Positions 1 to 34,026 of a stretch of 64,000 nt of DNA are shown here, in pieces. This DNA comes from Amoebidium appalachense. Lineage: Eukaryota; Protista; Ichthyosporea. How positions within the stretch are numbered: the first letter of the stretch is position 1; the number at the start of each line of letters is the position of its first letter. Position numbers and translations under genes: made by a program. The stretch covers positions 11,960,328 through 12,024,327 of the forward strand of contig CAVNZM010000002.1 in NCBI GenBank assembly GCA_963693365.1, written 5' to 3'. The notes beneath the pieces were generated by a model. It had not been told where the DNA came from. It did not search any database and saw only the letters and a list, made by a program, of their open reading frames with translations.

Positions 1-706
1 GAGTTCTAGTCCAGTGTATTACGTTGGCGAAGACAACAAACGAGACTCGCCCAGTTGATTATGATGCAAACTGAGTACGTCGTCATCACTTAGGAGCGAG
101 TAACAGCTGCTGTCACTCAGTGGAGCCCTCAACATTCAATCCAGACAGTGTCTCCACAAGTGGTAAGTTTCGTGTCAATGGGGTTTTTTTGGGTTTGCAC
201 ATCTACTAGGACTGTGCTCCTTTTTTGTGTGCTGCTCAGCAAGTTTCCTGGTCTGTTGGAACCACCCTCGGTATACCCAGGATTCCTATGCCCTGCTTCT
301 CGCTATTTAATTTGGCCTAAGAGTCAGTTACGTCTATTCTCTGTCATGCTTTATAACGATTATAACTCACCATTGTTGACAAGTTAGTAATACTGGTGGA
401 CATTTTATTTAGCCACTTTTCATTATTGGTGAAAAATATAGTAAACGGACTCTAACAGGCTTTGAAAATAAGCACGGAACCCTGAACGTGAATGCTTCCC
501 GAAAAAGTATACATTTCAGTAACTGTTTCACATAAGCTTGTGGCGGCTGCCACCTAACACTGCTGTTTTTGGTGTCCAAGAGTGGGCTTTGTGGTGACTA
601 GGAGGAGAGAAGCGAGATCTTGATTCTAAGAAGTGCTAGGGCAACTTAAAGGCAAACGAGAAGTTCGACTGTGAGCTGGGGTAGAAATGGGATAGGGTGT
701 GTGTCC

Positions 707-769
<63 letters not shown>

Positions 770-1722
770 ACGGTGTGTGTGTGTGTGTGTGTGTGTGTCT
801 CACGGTGTGTGTGTGTGTCACGACGTGTTTGTGTGTTTGTGTGTGTGCCTAGCGTGATACCGTGTATGTGCGTGTGTGTCTATGTCACACGATGTGTGTC
901 ACGTGTTTGTGTGTGTGTGTGTGTGTGTGTCTGTGTATATGTGTGTGTGTATGCGCGCAGGCAAGTGTGTATGTCTGTGGGTGTGTGCATGCACGCCCGG
1001 TTGTGTGTTTGTCGGGTGCGCTGTGTGTGTGTGTGCTCGGGCTGGTGGCGGTCAAGGTGATCATTGGAAGTGAGAATAAAGCCTTGGGGAGGGAGGGGTG
1101 AGGGATGGAGGGAGAGTAGGATGGATTAGGAACTGTGGCAGACACATTCGAGAACTGCAGGGCATTAATCTTTATCATAAAGGGGTGGAAGGGGTTATGA
1201 TGCTGTGCTAGCAAGTTTGTGAAACCTGAAAGCAAATAGCCTTTGAAAATGGCGTCCAGCTGCTCCGGTTGAAAAAGGAGCCATTCTGTCAAATTGGCCC
1301 TAGCATGCACTATGAATAGTAATGCTTCTTATCTTATGTCCACACGGTGCTAGTTGCTTTGAAGCTGGTGGCCAGTCTAAGCACGGCATTTGCCCCCCCG
1401 GCTCCCCCCCTCCCCCCCACCCCCCCCCCCCCCCTCCCCCCACAACAACCCACCCACCCACCCGGCCTCCTCTGCGGGGATACCCTGCTTCACCTACCAG
1501 CGAGTTTTTGTTCATGCATGCAGGGTATGTTAACGTTTGTGAGTTTGGTTTGTCCAACAAGGGTGTTAACGTTTCTGGAACATCCCCAGGGACACAAATT
1601 CCAGAGACCATGTGTGGCTGGTCATGTGCCTGTTCCCGCCAATCTTCGCCACAGTGAACTATTTCGCACGTGGCACCTGGTTTTTTGTTGACATACGAGG
1701 AAACGGTTTTCTGTGTTGAGAA

Positions 1723-16411
<14,689 letters not shown>

Positions 16412-16459
16412 GTGAGTGAGTGAGTGTGTGTGAGTGAGTGTGTGTGTGTGTGTGTTGCG

Positions 16460-16509
<50 letters not shown>

Positions 16510-16521
16510 CTATGTGGCAAG

Positions 16522-16639
<118 letters not shown>

Positions 16640-18385
16640 CTTTTAGCCTTGTGCGTGGAACAGGTTTTGTGTGCGGGTCTTGACCCTATGTTATGTGGGT
16701 GTGGGTGTGGTTGGTGTGCGCACGACACGGTGTGCTTGTATTTTTTACAACAGTTTCCGTGTGTGTGCACTTAATCACTTCTCTTTTCCTGGCTTGTGCT
16801 TAGTGTACATGTGTTATTTCATGGTTTAATTCTGAGTGGAAATCGTATTGAAGAATGTATGGGCACCTTGGTAGTAGGAGAACACCTAGTGAATGATTTC
16901 AACGGTGCTAAAAAAGTTATTATCGTGTCGTAGTGGTTTGTGTTGCGATTATCTGTGATGGCGGCCATAGATAATATGCTGAAATTTTATCAATAACTCA
17001 AATTGAAAAACCGGTATAATTGTCTCGTGATGGCTATAGGTAGATGATAGATATCGATGAACTTGCATAGCAACGGAACATGTGTATAGATATGTAAGTT
17101 TGGCGGGTTAAGTTATTGGCAGATTTGTGAGTTTAAGATGAGTTAATCAATCATTTAGCATTAAACATATACATCTGGTAGATATTGAGATATATGATAT
17201 ATGTTATCTGGGGGGCCGAGATATGGTGCAGGTAGATCGATAGAGCCTCCGTTATTGGACAGTGTTCCGTTTGCGAAGATGTTCGTGGATAAGTAGTCAT
17301 AATGTGTATGAATCCTATATTTAGAGGTACTAAGAGCGTATCTGAGTGTATCTTCATATGATATCTAGAGCTAACTATGTGATGCTAACTATGTCATGAT
17401 CATGCAGTATCTAGACCTAATATGATTTTTAACACTGCTGCATGCTAAATATCAGTTGGTTGATTATTGATATCCAAAGATGTGTCAGCGGCCGCCCGGG
17501 ACCAGATTCGACGGAATAAACGCTACAATAGCAGGCCCAGATCTAGATCATGGTGCGGTAATGGCGTATGTCGCCAGCATTTTATTGATCATTTCAGCCG
17601 CTACAGCTGTCAAAGCCCACGGCCATCATGCTAGAGAGTCTCTAGATGGCCGTGGTCAAAGCCCTAGACATGCTTAACTTAAACGAGATAGTAATGGCTA
17701 ATGCTACGACAATTGGCCATGACGGGCGAAGCCCTTGTGTGCGCACATGCAAAAATACTTATGTAATATAAAAGAAAGACAATCTGTACACGTCTCGCAG
17801 ATTACTCTATATAGATGTGACTTTTTAGCCACGTTCACTGATTTCACACCCCGATGATCCTGCCGCGGCAGGGTTCGAATTTGGTTTCAAAGGCGTCGTA
17901 TCTACGTATACCACGACAAACACTGCGACCTCATTACAGAAAGCAATTGGAAAGCCGTTTGTTAGTAATTGATGATGGAAAAAAAGAGCCTGTGTACAGG
18001 AAAATGCGACGTGATGGTTACGCTTGGTAACTAAAAAAAATCAAATTCGATAACCTTTTAGGTACGACCAAAAATTTTCAAACGCTGATTTTTCGGAAAA
18101 TTGGGTGACGTCACGTTGATCTTGACGGGACTATGGGTAACGCAAGATTAAGTCAACATAGAGTCTTGAAATGTACACTATTTTTCTTGGCAAAAGAGTG
18201 TGAATTAGACTGCGATGGCACAAGGGTATCTGATGTATTTTAGGCTATGGTCGGTCTTGCGGGGGGGGGGGGGGGGGGAGGGAAAAATTCAAAAATTGCC
18301 CACGTGCCCCTCCTGATATGGTACCCTGGCACGTACTGACGGTGCCTGGGCTGCTGTGAACTTGCCGTTCGCCTCAAGCCCTTCC

Positions 18386-23536
<5,151 letters not shown>

Positions 23537-26500
23537 TTTTAGGCTAGGCCTGCTGCGCAGGCCCGTGGGTCTTCTGCCAGGCATATGTATGCACTGGCAT
23601 CGATATCATGGCCCGGCACCACGCGTGGCCGTATGTATCAGATTTGAAATCAGTTACGGTACATAGCACGTGTGCTTATGCCCATTGGCCAGTGATCACA
23701 ATCCACTACCTATGATATTTTTTAGCTGGCCCACGGTGGTGCTTGGCCCATATATGGTCGACGTCAAAGATCATCCCCGTGCACCATGGCCATATATACG
23801 CATGGTGCGTGTCTCGGATGATGTCGGGTACCGGGGCACCTTCTCTCGGAGAAGTGCATGTGTGGAATGATTCTGCTCAAAGGGTGGGCCCGTGGGGAGG
23901 TACCGTGTGCTGTGGTAATCATAGATCTGTCGCGATCATGATCAGTGCACATATATTCCCTACGCTTTTATAACTATTATTACATAGTTGCACTTTGTTG
24001 TTGGTAATGCACCTGATTGCACATATATATATATATATATATGCATCAATAATGTGGGCTCAGGTTGGCCCCCACCGGGTCCTACCCCCCATTTAATCCC
24101 ATTATATTATATTGGAATGGAAAAAAGAGAGACCACCCGGTCTTATGAATAAGTTTCTCACCTACAGTAGTCTTGTCATCAATGTCAGTGTGATGGCGTG
24201 GTGTTGTGTGAAAGTGGAAACATGCGAGGGCAGCTGTTTGTTATCAGTAATCAGTTTACAAAATAAATATGCCACGCGACGGTTCTAGGCCCTACACCGG
24301 TCTCATTATCTGTCCACACGTGTGTAAAGTGTGAACAATTGATTGATTTGGACAGATTGATTGTCAAATTTGGTGAGCTAAGATTTAAAGAGGCTTCCAG
24401 TAAAAAGCTTTTTAAAACGCACACTCGCGAGTTCGTTACAAAGCCAAGGATTGGTGCGTTGTCGCCATGGTTGGTGCAAAGCTTCGGAGGAACACTGTAG
24501 AGTCAGTACTTATGGCGTTTGTTCGTACATTCGGCGGCCGTGCACATGTGCACGGCGACACGCTGTTCGCAAATTGTAGAGCACGTGATCCATGTGCATG
24601 ACCCGTTCGACTTGTACAAACCCACAAAAATGCACTTCGAACTTGCGGCTGAGAGCGAAGCACTTTGGTGCAGTACCGGTCTCAGTGAGCAAAAGAAAAA
24701 TTCGAACTATTTCCTTGTGAAACCTGAAAGTCGAAATTGTCACCGCGGGATATAGATCGGTTGTCTGGATTTTTTATTTTTTATAATGACATAATTATTG
24801 ATATGCTCGTCAAAGTATAGGCAGTATGCATATGTTTATGTGTAAGTGCATGAATGTCAGTCATCAGTCATGAGAAGTTGCAAAAACAGGATGTGTTTGC
24901 AGTTGTGTGCCAACTTTGCTGATAAAATGACACTACCATATTTGTACAAACGAGCCACGGCTACAGGCTCACAGCACCCATATGTCTGTCTGTCAATATG
25001 ATAACGTCAACCGTTATTGTAAGTGTGAAAGTGCGGATGCTATGCTTGGAGCTCGAGCACTGAGTCAGGCACTGACTGATATCGATGATCTTCTGATCAA
25101 AAACTCTCCTAGAGCGAGAATCCCTGCAATTAAAAAAAAAAAAAGAACTTTTGATGCTTTAAGTATGTTTTGCTGCAGATACACGCTCTATTGATACTGA
25201 GTCATATATACACTCGATTAGTCTTGAGAACCGTGACTCTAGTGGGAGGCTATTTATTTTTTGATTATGCGCTGCTATTTATTTCCAAAGGTGCGCAGGA
25301 ATCTAACTGGTCCAAATGTCCGCCAATGCAGCCGATTGGCCGGATATCGGCATCAAGCTACCGAAGGCGGTAAATGGGCTGTGGATTTATTTTAGTTCGC
25401 TACCTCAGTAAATGAATTTCACATAATTGCGTACTTTTAAGAGCTCAACTTATATTCATCTACTCAAAATGACATTAAAGCGTGTCAGCGGTAATGGGTC
25501 TGTATAATTTCTAAAAATTCTAGAAGCGCAACCTCGTTAATGCATATACTGTATGGTTGGTCCTGCCGCAATTCAATGCGAACTTTTCAGATTGTTTTGA
25601 CAAAGATTACCGGCTCCAACAGCTTCCCTAAAAATAGGCGAACCTTTTCACTGCAAACATATCCCTATTCTATATTTCCCACCTGCTTTTTAAGCTTTCA
25701 GATACGGCCTGTATATCTGCTACCCTTGTTACGAAAAAACAATGCCTCCTGTGGACTGTACCAAGAGAACAGGAAACGGTCAAATTCTTCTACTTGAGAA
25801 TCATATGATATTTTATTTCTAAAAAGCCTATACTTAGAGTAGTTCCATGTTTACCCTCGTTCTTCTTATAATTATCGTTGGCCTCTTGTAACTTTTTTCG
25901 TTGACTTGTAACTTTGGATAACAAGTTGATACTCCATTTTCGCCTACGGTACATCTGTAGAACGTGTCAAGGGCACGCGCCGTATATAAGCCCCACACAC
26001 ATCCCACACACATGAAACAACATTTTTCAACGTTCCAAGTTTTTACAGTCTTAGAACCGTAAATGCGCTCAAACTTAGACCGACCTCAACCCCTCCCAAT
26101 TAGCAAAACGTTTCTGAGGTCGGACTGCATGTAAATGTTCCACACACGTCGTGTATGTTTTACTAGCTAGAAAGCAGAAAATCCGCCGAACACAGAGTTA
26201 CATACACACACACACACAAACACCCTGAAGTCTTTTGATATAGACTTGACGTTTTATCTTTCAAAAAATCAAAAATAGTGTGTGCTAAGCACTGCACTTT
26301 TCAATACACTTTTTTGAGGCGCTCAGTAGTATACAACATACCCCCACGTGCGTGAGCGGAAGCAAAACACACGTAGTACCTACGCGACTTTGGCACTCGG
26401 AGTCTTTGTTTTCTTTACATGTACACTAGTCTCTCTCTCCTCCCGATCTACCTCCAAACGTCTTCTCAGGTTTATTGTAGCCGGTGTAATACTTTGGTGC

Positions 26501-26565
26501 TGTGTAATACTTTGGTGCTAATTTACTTGCACTGAATGAGTGCGCGCTAGCCTAAGCTTAAGGGT

Positions 26566-26573
26566 TGACGTCA
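26566..26573. promoter_or_regulatory. CRE palindrome TGACGTCA about 45 nt upstream of the ATG at 26619
   Basis: Exact TGACGTCA in proximal promoter position. CACGTG at ~26345 and a tandem tgtaatactttggtgc x2 at ~26485-26519 lie nearby. Function untested. Confidence 0.3.
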
Positions 26574-26618
26574 GCCATGCTATTGACAGCACACGCAACA
26601 CCCGCCCACAACACTAAA

Positions 26619-28070
26619 ATGGACCAGAGGCAAAAATCAACCGGCAAGACAGCCGTTAATGGCCAGAGAGAGCACGCAGAGAGAGAAACTTTGAGTAAGT
26701 GCTGATCCCCCACTCCTTTTCACTTCTATCCGCTTTATAACTCTTGGTGGATCCGGTCGGGATGGCACACACGGGGACCAGTTGGTTGTCACATACCTGC
26801 CATACTAGACCTGTAACAAAACATGGGTGGACTCTAGTTATACATGTCTTCCCGATTGCTATCTTAAACCTTTCCTCATCTTGTCATCTGCAAAGGCTAC
26901 TACCAGATCTGCACCATTTACTTCCTCATCTACCACCACCCATGCCGCTTCTTACATTCTGTCTTATTCTCCACAGATGAAATCAAGCTCATCGTCCAGA
27001 AACTGACTGGCCAGGGCTACATCCGCAACCGCTACACGGCGCTTCTCTACGTTCGCGACTGGCTACGGGCAGTTTGTGAAGAGCCCTCCAGTTATCCCCA
27101 GTTTATTCAACTGGTGGGCACAACACTTCGCAAACTGCCCAACCCAGCAAACAGTGCCTTTCCAGGAGAGTGCAAAAACTATGACATGGCATTGTCAGAC
27201 CGTGACCACAGGTCATCCTTCTCTCGTGGTGTGGAGCTTGATCTTTCACCCGACCCGGCCGAGTCATATCGATCACTCGCACAGGCACGCTCCCACGAAT
27301 CGCCATCCAGCAACGATCAAGAAACGTGGGAGTCTCCCGTTACCCGCTTGATTCCGGATAGCGGGTTCTGGGTGAGAGATGCACAGAAAGCGCAGCTAAA
27401 ACGGCCCAACAATGCCATGGCAGAGGGCCTGCACGAAGAAATTAACCCTTCGCTGCAGAACCAACGTGTCCAGAAGGGGGACTATGCTAGCACGGTTCAC
27501 TACCTAACGGCGGACTCAAGGAGGTCACGCGTTGCCGAAGCCGTGTCTGTTGCGTATCGTGAGGACCTGCAAGGCCAAGCACGTGCCGTGCTGTTCGAGC
27601 GGCAGCAGAGGCTGGCGGGGAGGCAAACATCACAACCACAGATGGGCGCTGCGAGAGACACCCAGAGAGGGGCCGGGAGCACAACGGCAAGCCCGTTTGT
27701 CAAGGCGCAGACCCACGGGGAAGGATATTGGAACGACTCGGACGAACCATTTCTATCTACTGGCGGCAACACAAAAACGTATGCGGAAAACGGGAACGAA
27801 AAGGACAACCCAGACTATTGGCGCACGTGGGGCCAGGTGGCGGGGGATGATTCGTACGCGGGCCAGCAGGAGCTACAGCAGCAGCGCTTCAAGATGCGCT
27901 CAAGTTTAACGGGCCAACAACAGTGGAATAACAATTCTTCGCACCCGTATGCGGCATTTGCGGCTGGGGGTAGCCCAAAAACCTACGAGTCGAGCTTGGC
28001 AAGTGCGGGCACAAGGAGGTCGCCGCAAACTTTAGTAGGCCAAGTCGAACGAAGGTCGTCGGTTAATTGA
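26619..28070 (+). CDS. Hypothetical protein (389 aa, 2 exons) with a possible divergent N-terminal helix-loop-helix
   Basis: Exon 1 is 26619-26694 (aaaATGG start, GTAAGT donor). The intron ends ttctccacag at 26976. Exon 2 (26977-28070) is in frame with ORF 27114-28070. N-terminus MDQRQKSTGKTAVNGQREHAERETLNEIKLIVQKLTGQGYIRNRYTALLYVRDWLRAVCEEP, followed by an S/Q/G-rich disordered tail. Confidence 0.7.
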
Positions 28071-28368
28071 AGGGGTACGCTTTTTTGTTGTGTGGTTGAA
28101 ATTGAATAGTCTGATCTCCAAATGTTGATAGACCTAATACATATCGTTGATTACTATATTAGGTTATTGAATATCGTATCAAATGAATCAAAAGTTTTGC
28201 GGTGGCTCGACCCGCTTTGAATTAAGTTCATCCCTTCTTGCTTGTAAGTGCTCAATGATGTGTGACAATCAGACAGTACGAGTATGCAGTGAATACTGAA
28301 CAGACTGAATATTCGAGACTCGGTCTCTTGCAATGTCACTGGTACGGCCTTGGTTTCAGTGTCTCAAT

Positions 28369-28420
<52 letters not shown>

Positions 28421-28508
28421 ACACCGTGACACACACACACACACCAACACCACCACCTTCTCCACTATCTCACTCCTTCCATTTGTACATGTACGAGGTG
28501 AGTGGAAA

Positions 28509-28630
28509 GAAACTCGGGTTCTGTGGATGACTTTAGCCGCCCCTGAGGATGGGCTGCCGTCTTGTGTATGTTTAGTATACAGCATTACTCTCAGTTCAGT
28601 ACGTTCTGATCTTGAGTCGTCACGATCCCT
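28509..28630 (+). mobile_element. Poly-C-anchored retroposon family, diverged 3' fragment
   Basis: gaaactcgggttctgtggatgac...ccctgaggatgggct matches the conserved core of the family; no long C-run at its 3' end. Confidence 0.6.
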
Positions 28631-30674
28631 TCCCCTCACATCCATCAATTCCAGACGGTGACCCTCAGTCACAGAATGATGGGTAAAACAGCCTCGACAT
28701 AAATACATGCATATACGCGGTCATGCTATGTACATTATGTAATTGAATTCTACAGCACGCACTCAAATTTGGTCGTGGAGTTCGCCGCCGGTCGGATCTG
28801 GAGCGAGTCCGCTCCGGGAACGGTCTTCCCCAAATAGGCCTATGGCTATTGACGCACCAAACATGCTCTCTTCCTATACATCGCATCATTCGCCACATCA
28901 AAATTTTAGGTCGTGAAATTCAAGTCGTTTACAAAAATTACATTTTACACTAAGAAGGTAAACTCAGAGGATTTCCGTGGTAGCTACAAAAAGTATTATT
29001 TCTTTATCAGTTTAAAAAAAAAAAAAAAAAAGTTTACGATATATGCTATATATGGCGCAAAAAATTAGCCATCCGTTTAATCACCACCCTGAAACTTTAG
29101 CAACTTCACTTTTACTTCGATCTCTTAGCTGTCACGTCAACTTTTTTTCCCGATTCTTCACCATGGCAGGTATATAAAGGCTTTCGTTTTTTTCTTTTTT
29201 GTGGTGGGAAGGGGTCCCACTCAGGGGAACGTGACACTGTGTGTGTGACTAGTGCGGCCTTGTCTATTCCTACTGCTGTGAGAGTGTGGAGACATCTCCC
29301 TTCCGCGGAGTTTCTCGCTTGAGAGTGGTTTCTTCGACATCTGGTGGCCCACGTGTGCACTGCAACTTACGGTGACTTCTACACGCTATCTATGCTTCTA
29401 CGCGAGCTATTGGCGGTGGGCTGCTGCAACTTCTTCAACTGCTTCTGCGCTGCGTGAGTGGAGGGGTAGCTACTGGGTCGTCGAGGAGCTTTCCTTGTGG
29501 CTGCCGTTTTTTCAGCCTTCAGCAGTATGGCAATGACTGGGTTTGCTTGCGTGCATTCTGTAGTTGTGTTTTCCTGTGTGTCCTGCCACAACTAGACCAA
29601 AGAGTTAGAGACAGCTTTTGCAGGTTTTTCTGGGGACGGGCCCGTGGGGATTGTTTTCTCGCTTGGATTTGGTCTGCATTGCTCTTTTAAGGGCTGACTT
29701 GCTTGCTGTGCCCCGGTAGGTTTTGAGGGGGGCCTGTTGGGGGGCAGCAGTAATGATGTCTTCTTGCGGAGTGTGGCCTGGTCATCATCGCTGCATATGA
29801 CTACAACCTATTGTAGCTGGAGCAAACTAGTTTCACGCATACACGTGCACTTGTACCTTTGCCCACTGGTGTCCTTTGGTCACTTGTTGTTTTATTTTTT
29901 ATTTCATCGCTGTGGCTCTTTCGAAGTCGGTTATTTTGGTGGTCATGTAGCCTGTGGCTGCACGTTGCCTTCATATCCACTGGACCACTGATCAATAAAG
30001 CCCAGTCAAGAGAAAATTAGGGGCTGAGGACACAACACTGTCATGTATATGCCAAAAGGCATAACCGTGGTATTGGGAGACATACCCCCGGATGAGCCTT
30101 TCTCCAAGTCTGCGATCGGAAATCATCATTCAAGACAAAGTTTTTGATTGGGCTCGGAAGTCCGGTCTTTCAAGCGTCTTTGACGTCATCAGGCTCAGAA
30201 TTATTCTCAGGCAGGCGCCGGCCGGCCCCCTCAAGCATCAAATATTGATCACTCACTGAGTATCACTTGAAGGTGGCAGTAGGTGACAGTAGGCTAAGCT
30301 GCTTGTCTGTCACAAAGGCCCGAGGAGGCCGGTGGGCATGAGGACGAGGGTGCATGGGATATGTGAAAATGCTGAAATATATCATAGTAGATGAAATAAA
30401 AAGGGGGGAGGGGGGGGGGCGGGGCGGGGTTGGCCTCATATTTGTCACAATATTATGCAGTATGCATATATCTTTGGGGGGTTTACGCTGTTTACTCGAG
30501 GCAAAGAGAACCAGTCTCAGGTATGGGGGGGGGGGGGGTTTGCTCGGAATATCCCCTCAGCGGTATATCATGATCACGTACATAGATGTCGGGTGGTGAC
30601 TATATATCAGGGTTTACTTTCTCTACGAGACACCATAAAGACTACAAGGAGAAATCAATTAGTTGGGGTTCCCC

Positions 30675-30719
<45 letters not shown>

Positions 30720-30752
30720 GGGGCTCCCCTCGGGACACTCGGTATCAGCTGG

Positions 30753-30829
<77 letters not shown>

Positions 30830-30833
30830 TGCG

Positions 30834-33800
30834 CTATAATTTTGTAGTGATGTGTTTCTCAAGCCAATCAATACATCTAATAAACAGGTCGTAGTTACGC
30901 GTGTTTAGTATAAAATCAAGGATGTTGTAATTTACAGGTAGGCTATCTTTCTGGGTGTCTGTTGTGAATGTGACGTGTGTGTGTTGCGGTATTATGTGGT
31001 CTATCAAACTACATTTGGCGATACATGACCGGTTAAACTGGTGTGTGTGTGTGTTGTTTGGGCATGCAAATGATGCCACCTTATACTTATTAGATCTCCA
31101 CTGTATAGCACGTGTACAGTAAAAGCGTGGTAATTGATCAATAATACCATCAGCTAGAGAAAGACCAGTTCTACAGGAAGGTAATATGTATTTAGGTGTT
31201 ATACACTTGCGAGTGCCATATTTGGCAATATGGTTGAGGCGGTCAGTATATATAAAACGAGACATAAGGCTTAGTTTTTCAAGGTGTATGCTTTCATCGG
31301 GTCTAGTGTCGTGTGGTATCTTTTTCCATTTGTTATATTGCGTGATTATCTTGTGATTGTGTACATGTTTAATAAGTAAGTGGCAGTCCAAAGTCACACA
31401 CACACTATTGCGGGGTTTATTTGTATTTGTGCCCAGGGGAGAAGGGGAGAGAGAGGGGAGGAAAGAGGGGAGAGGTGAGGAGGGGACAGGTCGGATAGAG
31501 AAGAGAGGGTGGGAGGGCAAATACTTCTTTAAGCGGCTTATGTGCTTATTGAATTTCAGCGCGAGATAGGATACTCTAGCAGCTATTGGGACCAGACCAT
31601 ATATCGAGAGCGTTACAGGCCCAGGTTTACAACAGTTGTTAGATAGAAAGGAGGCAACTTCTGCTTCAAGGAAATTTGCCAAGGGTTTAAGCGCTCTAGT
31701 TCTCTCTTTCTTGATCCAAGCGGCGAGAAGGGGTAAACCATATTCACATGCCGGGAAGACAAAAGTGCGAATAAATGTAAGTCTAATAGAAGGATGGAGG
31801 GGTGTGTCTTTAAAAATATTAGCCGAGAAGAAAGCTAACCGCTTACGAGCCAACTCTACCCTCTTTTCGACCATATGGGGAAACATAACACCAACAGAAT
31901 CAACCGGAACACCAAGATATTTGTATTCTGGAACTATAGGTACAGGTTTAGATGATAATGTAAATGTGTGTAAATTGTTAGCTATATCAGGTACAAGAAC
32001 ACCACATTTGTCTATGTTAAGGATCATAAGGTTTGCCTTGCACCACTCTGACACTACATCGAACAATCTTTGCAGGCGTCTAGGGGTACGGGCAAGGAGG
32101 GACAGATCATCAGCATAGAAGTGCAGGCGGAAAGTTATTAATAGGGTCATCGTTTTCGGCGTAAATCTTGACAGCCAAATCATCTATAAATAGGTTAAAC
32201 AAAAAGGGGCTAAGCAATGAACCCTGCAAGAGACCTCTAGTACGAGCAAAACCATATGAAAGATGCCCATTAACCACAGCTCTACCATAGGTTTGAGACA
32301 AGAGTGCTTCTAACAGAACACCAATGCAGTGTGGTACACCCCGTGCAGCAAGCTTTTCCCATAGGAGACCAGGGGAGACAGAATCGTAAGCAGTTTTCCA
32401 ATCAATAAAGCCAACATATTGTGCACCAACTTGCATAGAATCGTGCAGTGCCATTATTTGAACATAACATGAATTGTTTTTACGAAAAGCGGATTGGCAT
32501 GGGTGTATGTGAAGAATAGATTGAAACCTAGGGTGATGTGCAAATAACCTAAGTAAGCAAGCTTCAAAGAATCTACGAACAACCTGGGTTAGTGTAATGG
32601 GGCGAAAGGATGATATGGGGCCCTCAGAGTCCTTCTTAACTATGGGGATCACTAAGGTATCTAACCAAGATGACGGGACATGTCCACATTTAACACACCA
32701 AGAAAAGAGAGAGCTTAACATGATAGTAAGATCAGGTTTAATAGCACGATCACTTTCCTTTTGTGGGTAGGAGGGAACAAGGATTTTAAGAAACCCAGCA
32801 GGGAGTCCATCAGGTCCACAAGACTTACTAGAGCTATAACTAGATATCACAGACCATATGGCATCGGGACTGAAAAAGGGGAGGATCGATTCTATGGGGA
32901 TAGATGGGTCTACAGGCCACACAATAGGTTTCTGAGCGGGGGTCCTATCTTTAAACAGTTCCGAGAAATACTTATCAGAGTCTATGAGGGGGTCTCCAGT
33001 GGTATCACCAATAATACGAGCAGGGGGGCCAAATCGATTCATACTAGCAAGCCGGCGCAAGCTTTCCTTTTGAGACAGGGGTTCACCTAGTCTAGCGGGA
33101 GTGGTGTTTGGTAACAAGAGAGCATCGGGATATTCCTTCCTACCACCGCCAGCATAATCACCGAGATCTATCAAATCATCAACAATAAAGTTAGTGCATG
33201 TATCTAGTACGAGATGTGAATCTGGCCTGGCTTGTGCAGATTCTAATAGGCGCATATATATAGGGTGTTTCGTAGCATAGCATACACATACATCAACTCT
33301 ACCCCACTGTGACTTAAGCTGGGATAGACGGAGGCGAAAGGTGGGAGGGGGAGGGGGGAGCAGATCAAGGGAGATCTTAGGTAGGAAAAGGATAGGAGAG
33401 TGGTCAGATGACCTAGAGAGGTTAGGAGGGAGAGAGAGTTTTGACATGGTTGATGGCCAAAAGGCCACTCCCCAGTCGGTGTTGTGGGCATGGGATATTT
33501 GAGGGAACCGCAAAGTGTGACTTTGGACATACCTTGCTAAAGGGATAGCACGCTCCGGGGGCTTAGATGGGTACCCGACACTCACTTGCAGTGTGTCTGT
33601 GTGGTGGAGTCGCGTGTTAAAATCACCTAAAATAACAGTGGACATTGGTAACTGTGACAACTCGTGAGTCAATTCGACAACCGACATAGATGGTGGGTAA
33701 TATACAAAAGTAAAAACATTAGAAAGAAACTCTATAGAAACCGAGAATTCCGTTTTTGCTACCGGTTTGCACTTCACTCTCACGTGTGGTGCGGCAAGTA

Positions 33801-34026
33801 CAATAATGCCTCGGTTTTTCGCGTAACCGGGGTGTGTGGATGTGTCGACCAATGTAGAGTTGAATTTGTGGTGGTTTTTAAACTGTGTTTCGCAAATCAC
33901 TGTAAACGTGTGGTTGTTTGTCTGTTGTTGTATGTAGCTGATTTTATCGTCGAGTGTCCCGGGGGGGAGGCCCTTTTGGGGGCCCAGTGTCCGAGCATTC
34001 CAGAAGAAGAAGGATAAATTAGGCAT
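30834..34026 (-). pseudogene. LINE ORF2 (AP endonuclease + reverse transcriptase), split by a frameshift at ~32120
   Basis: APE motifs FWNARTL, ICETQF, ILGDFNT, SDHSPI. RT motifs GPDGLP, FRPITLT, QSAFRK, FIDWKTAYDSV, GLLQGSLLSPFLFNLFIDDL in 32110-34026. FYADDL, LNIDKC, YKYLGV and a C-terminal Cys/His cluster in 30834-32183. Confidence 0.9.

Noticed and set aside
24537-24556. Perfect 20-bp palindrome gccgtgcacatgtgcacggc
   Set aside because: Isolated, and easily generated in CA/TG-rich sequence; no supporting context
29100-30000. Short ORFs downstream of the LINE as a gene or transposon relic
   Set aside because: No motifs, no consistent splice structure and no homology recognisable by eye
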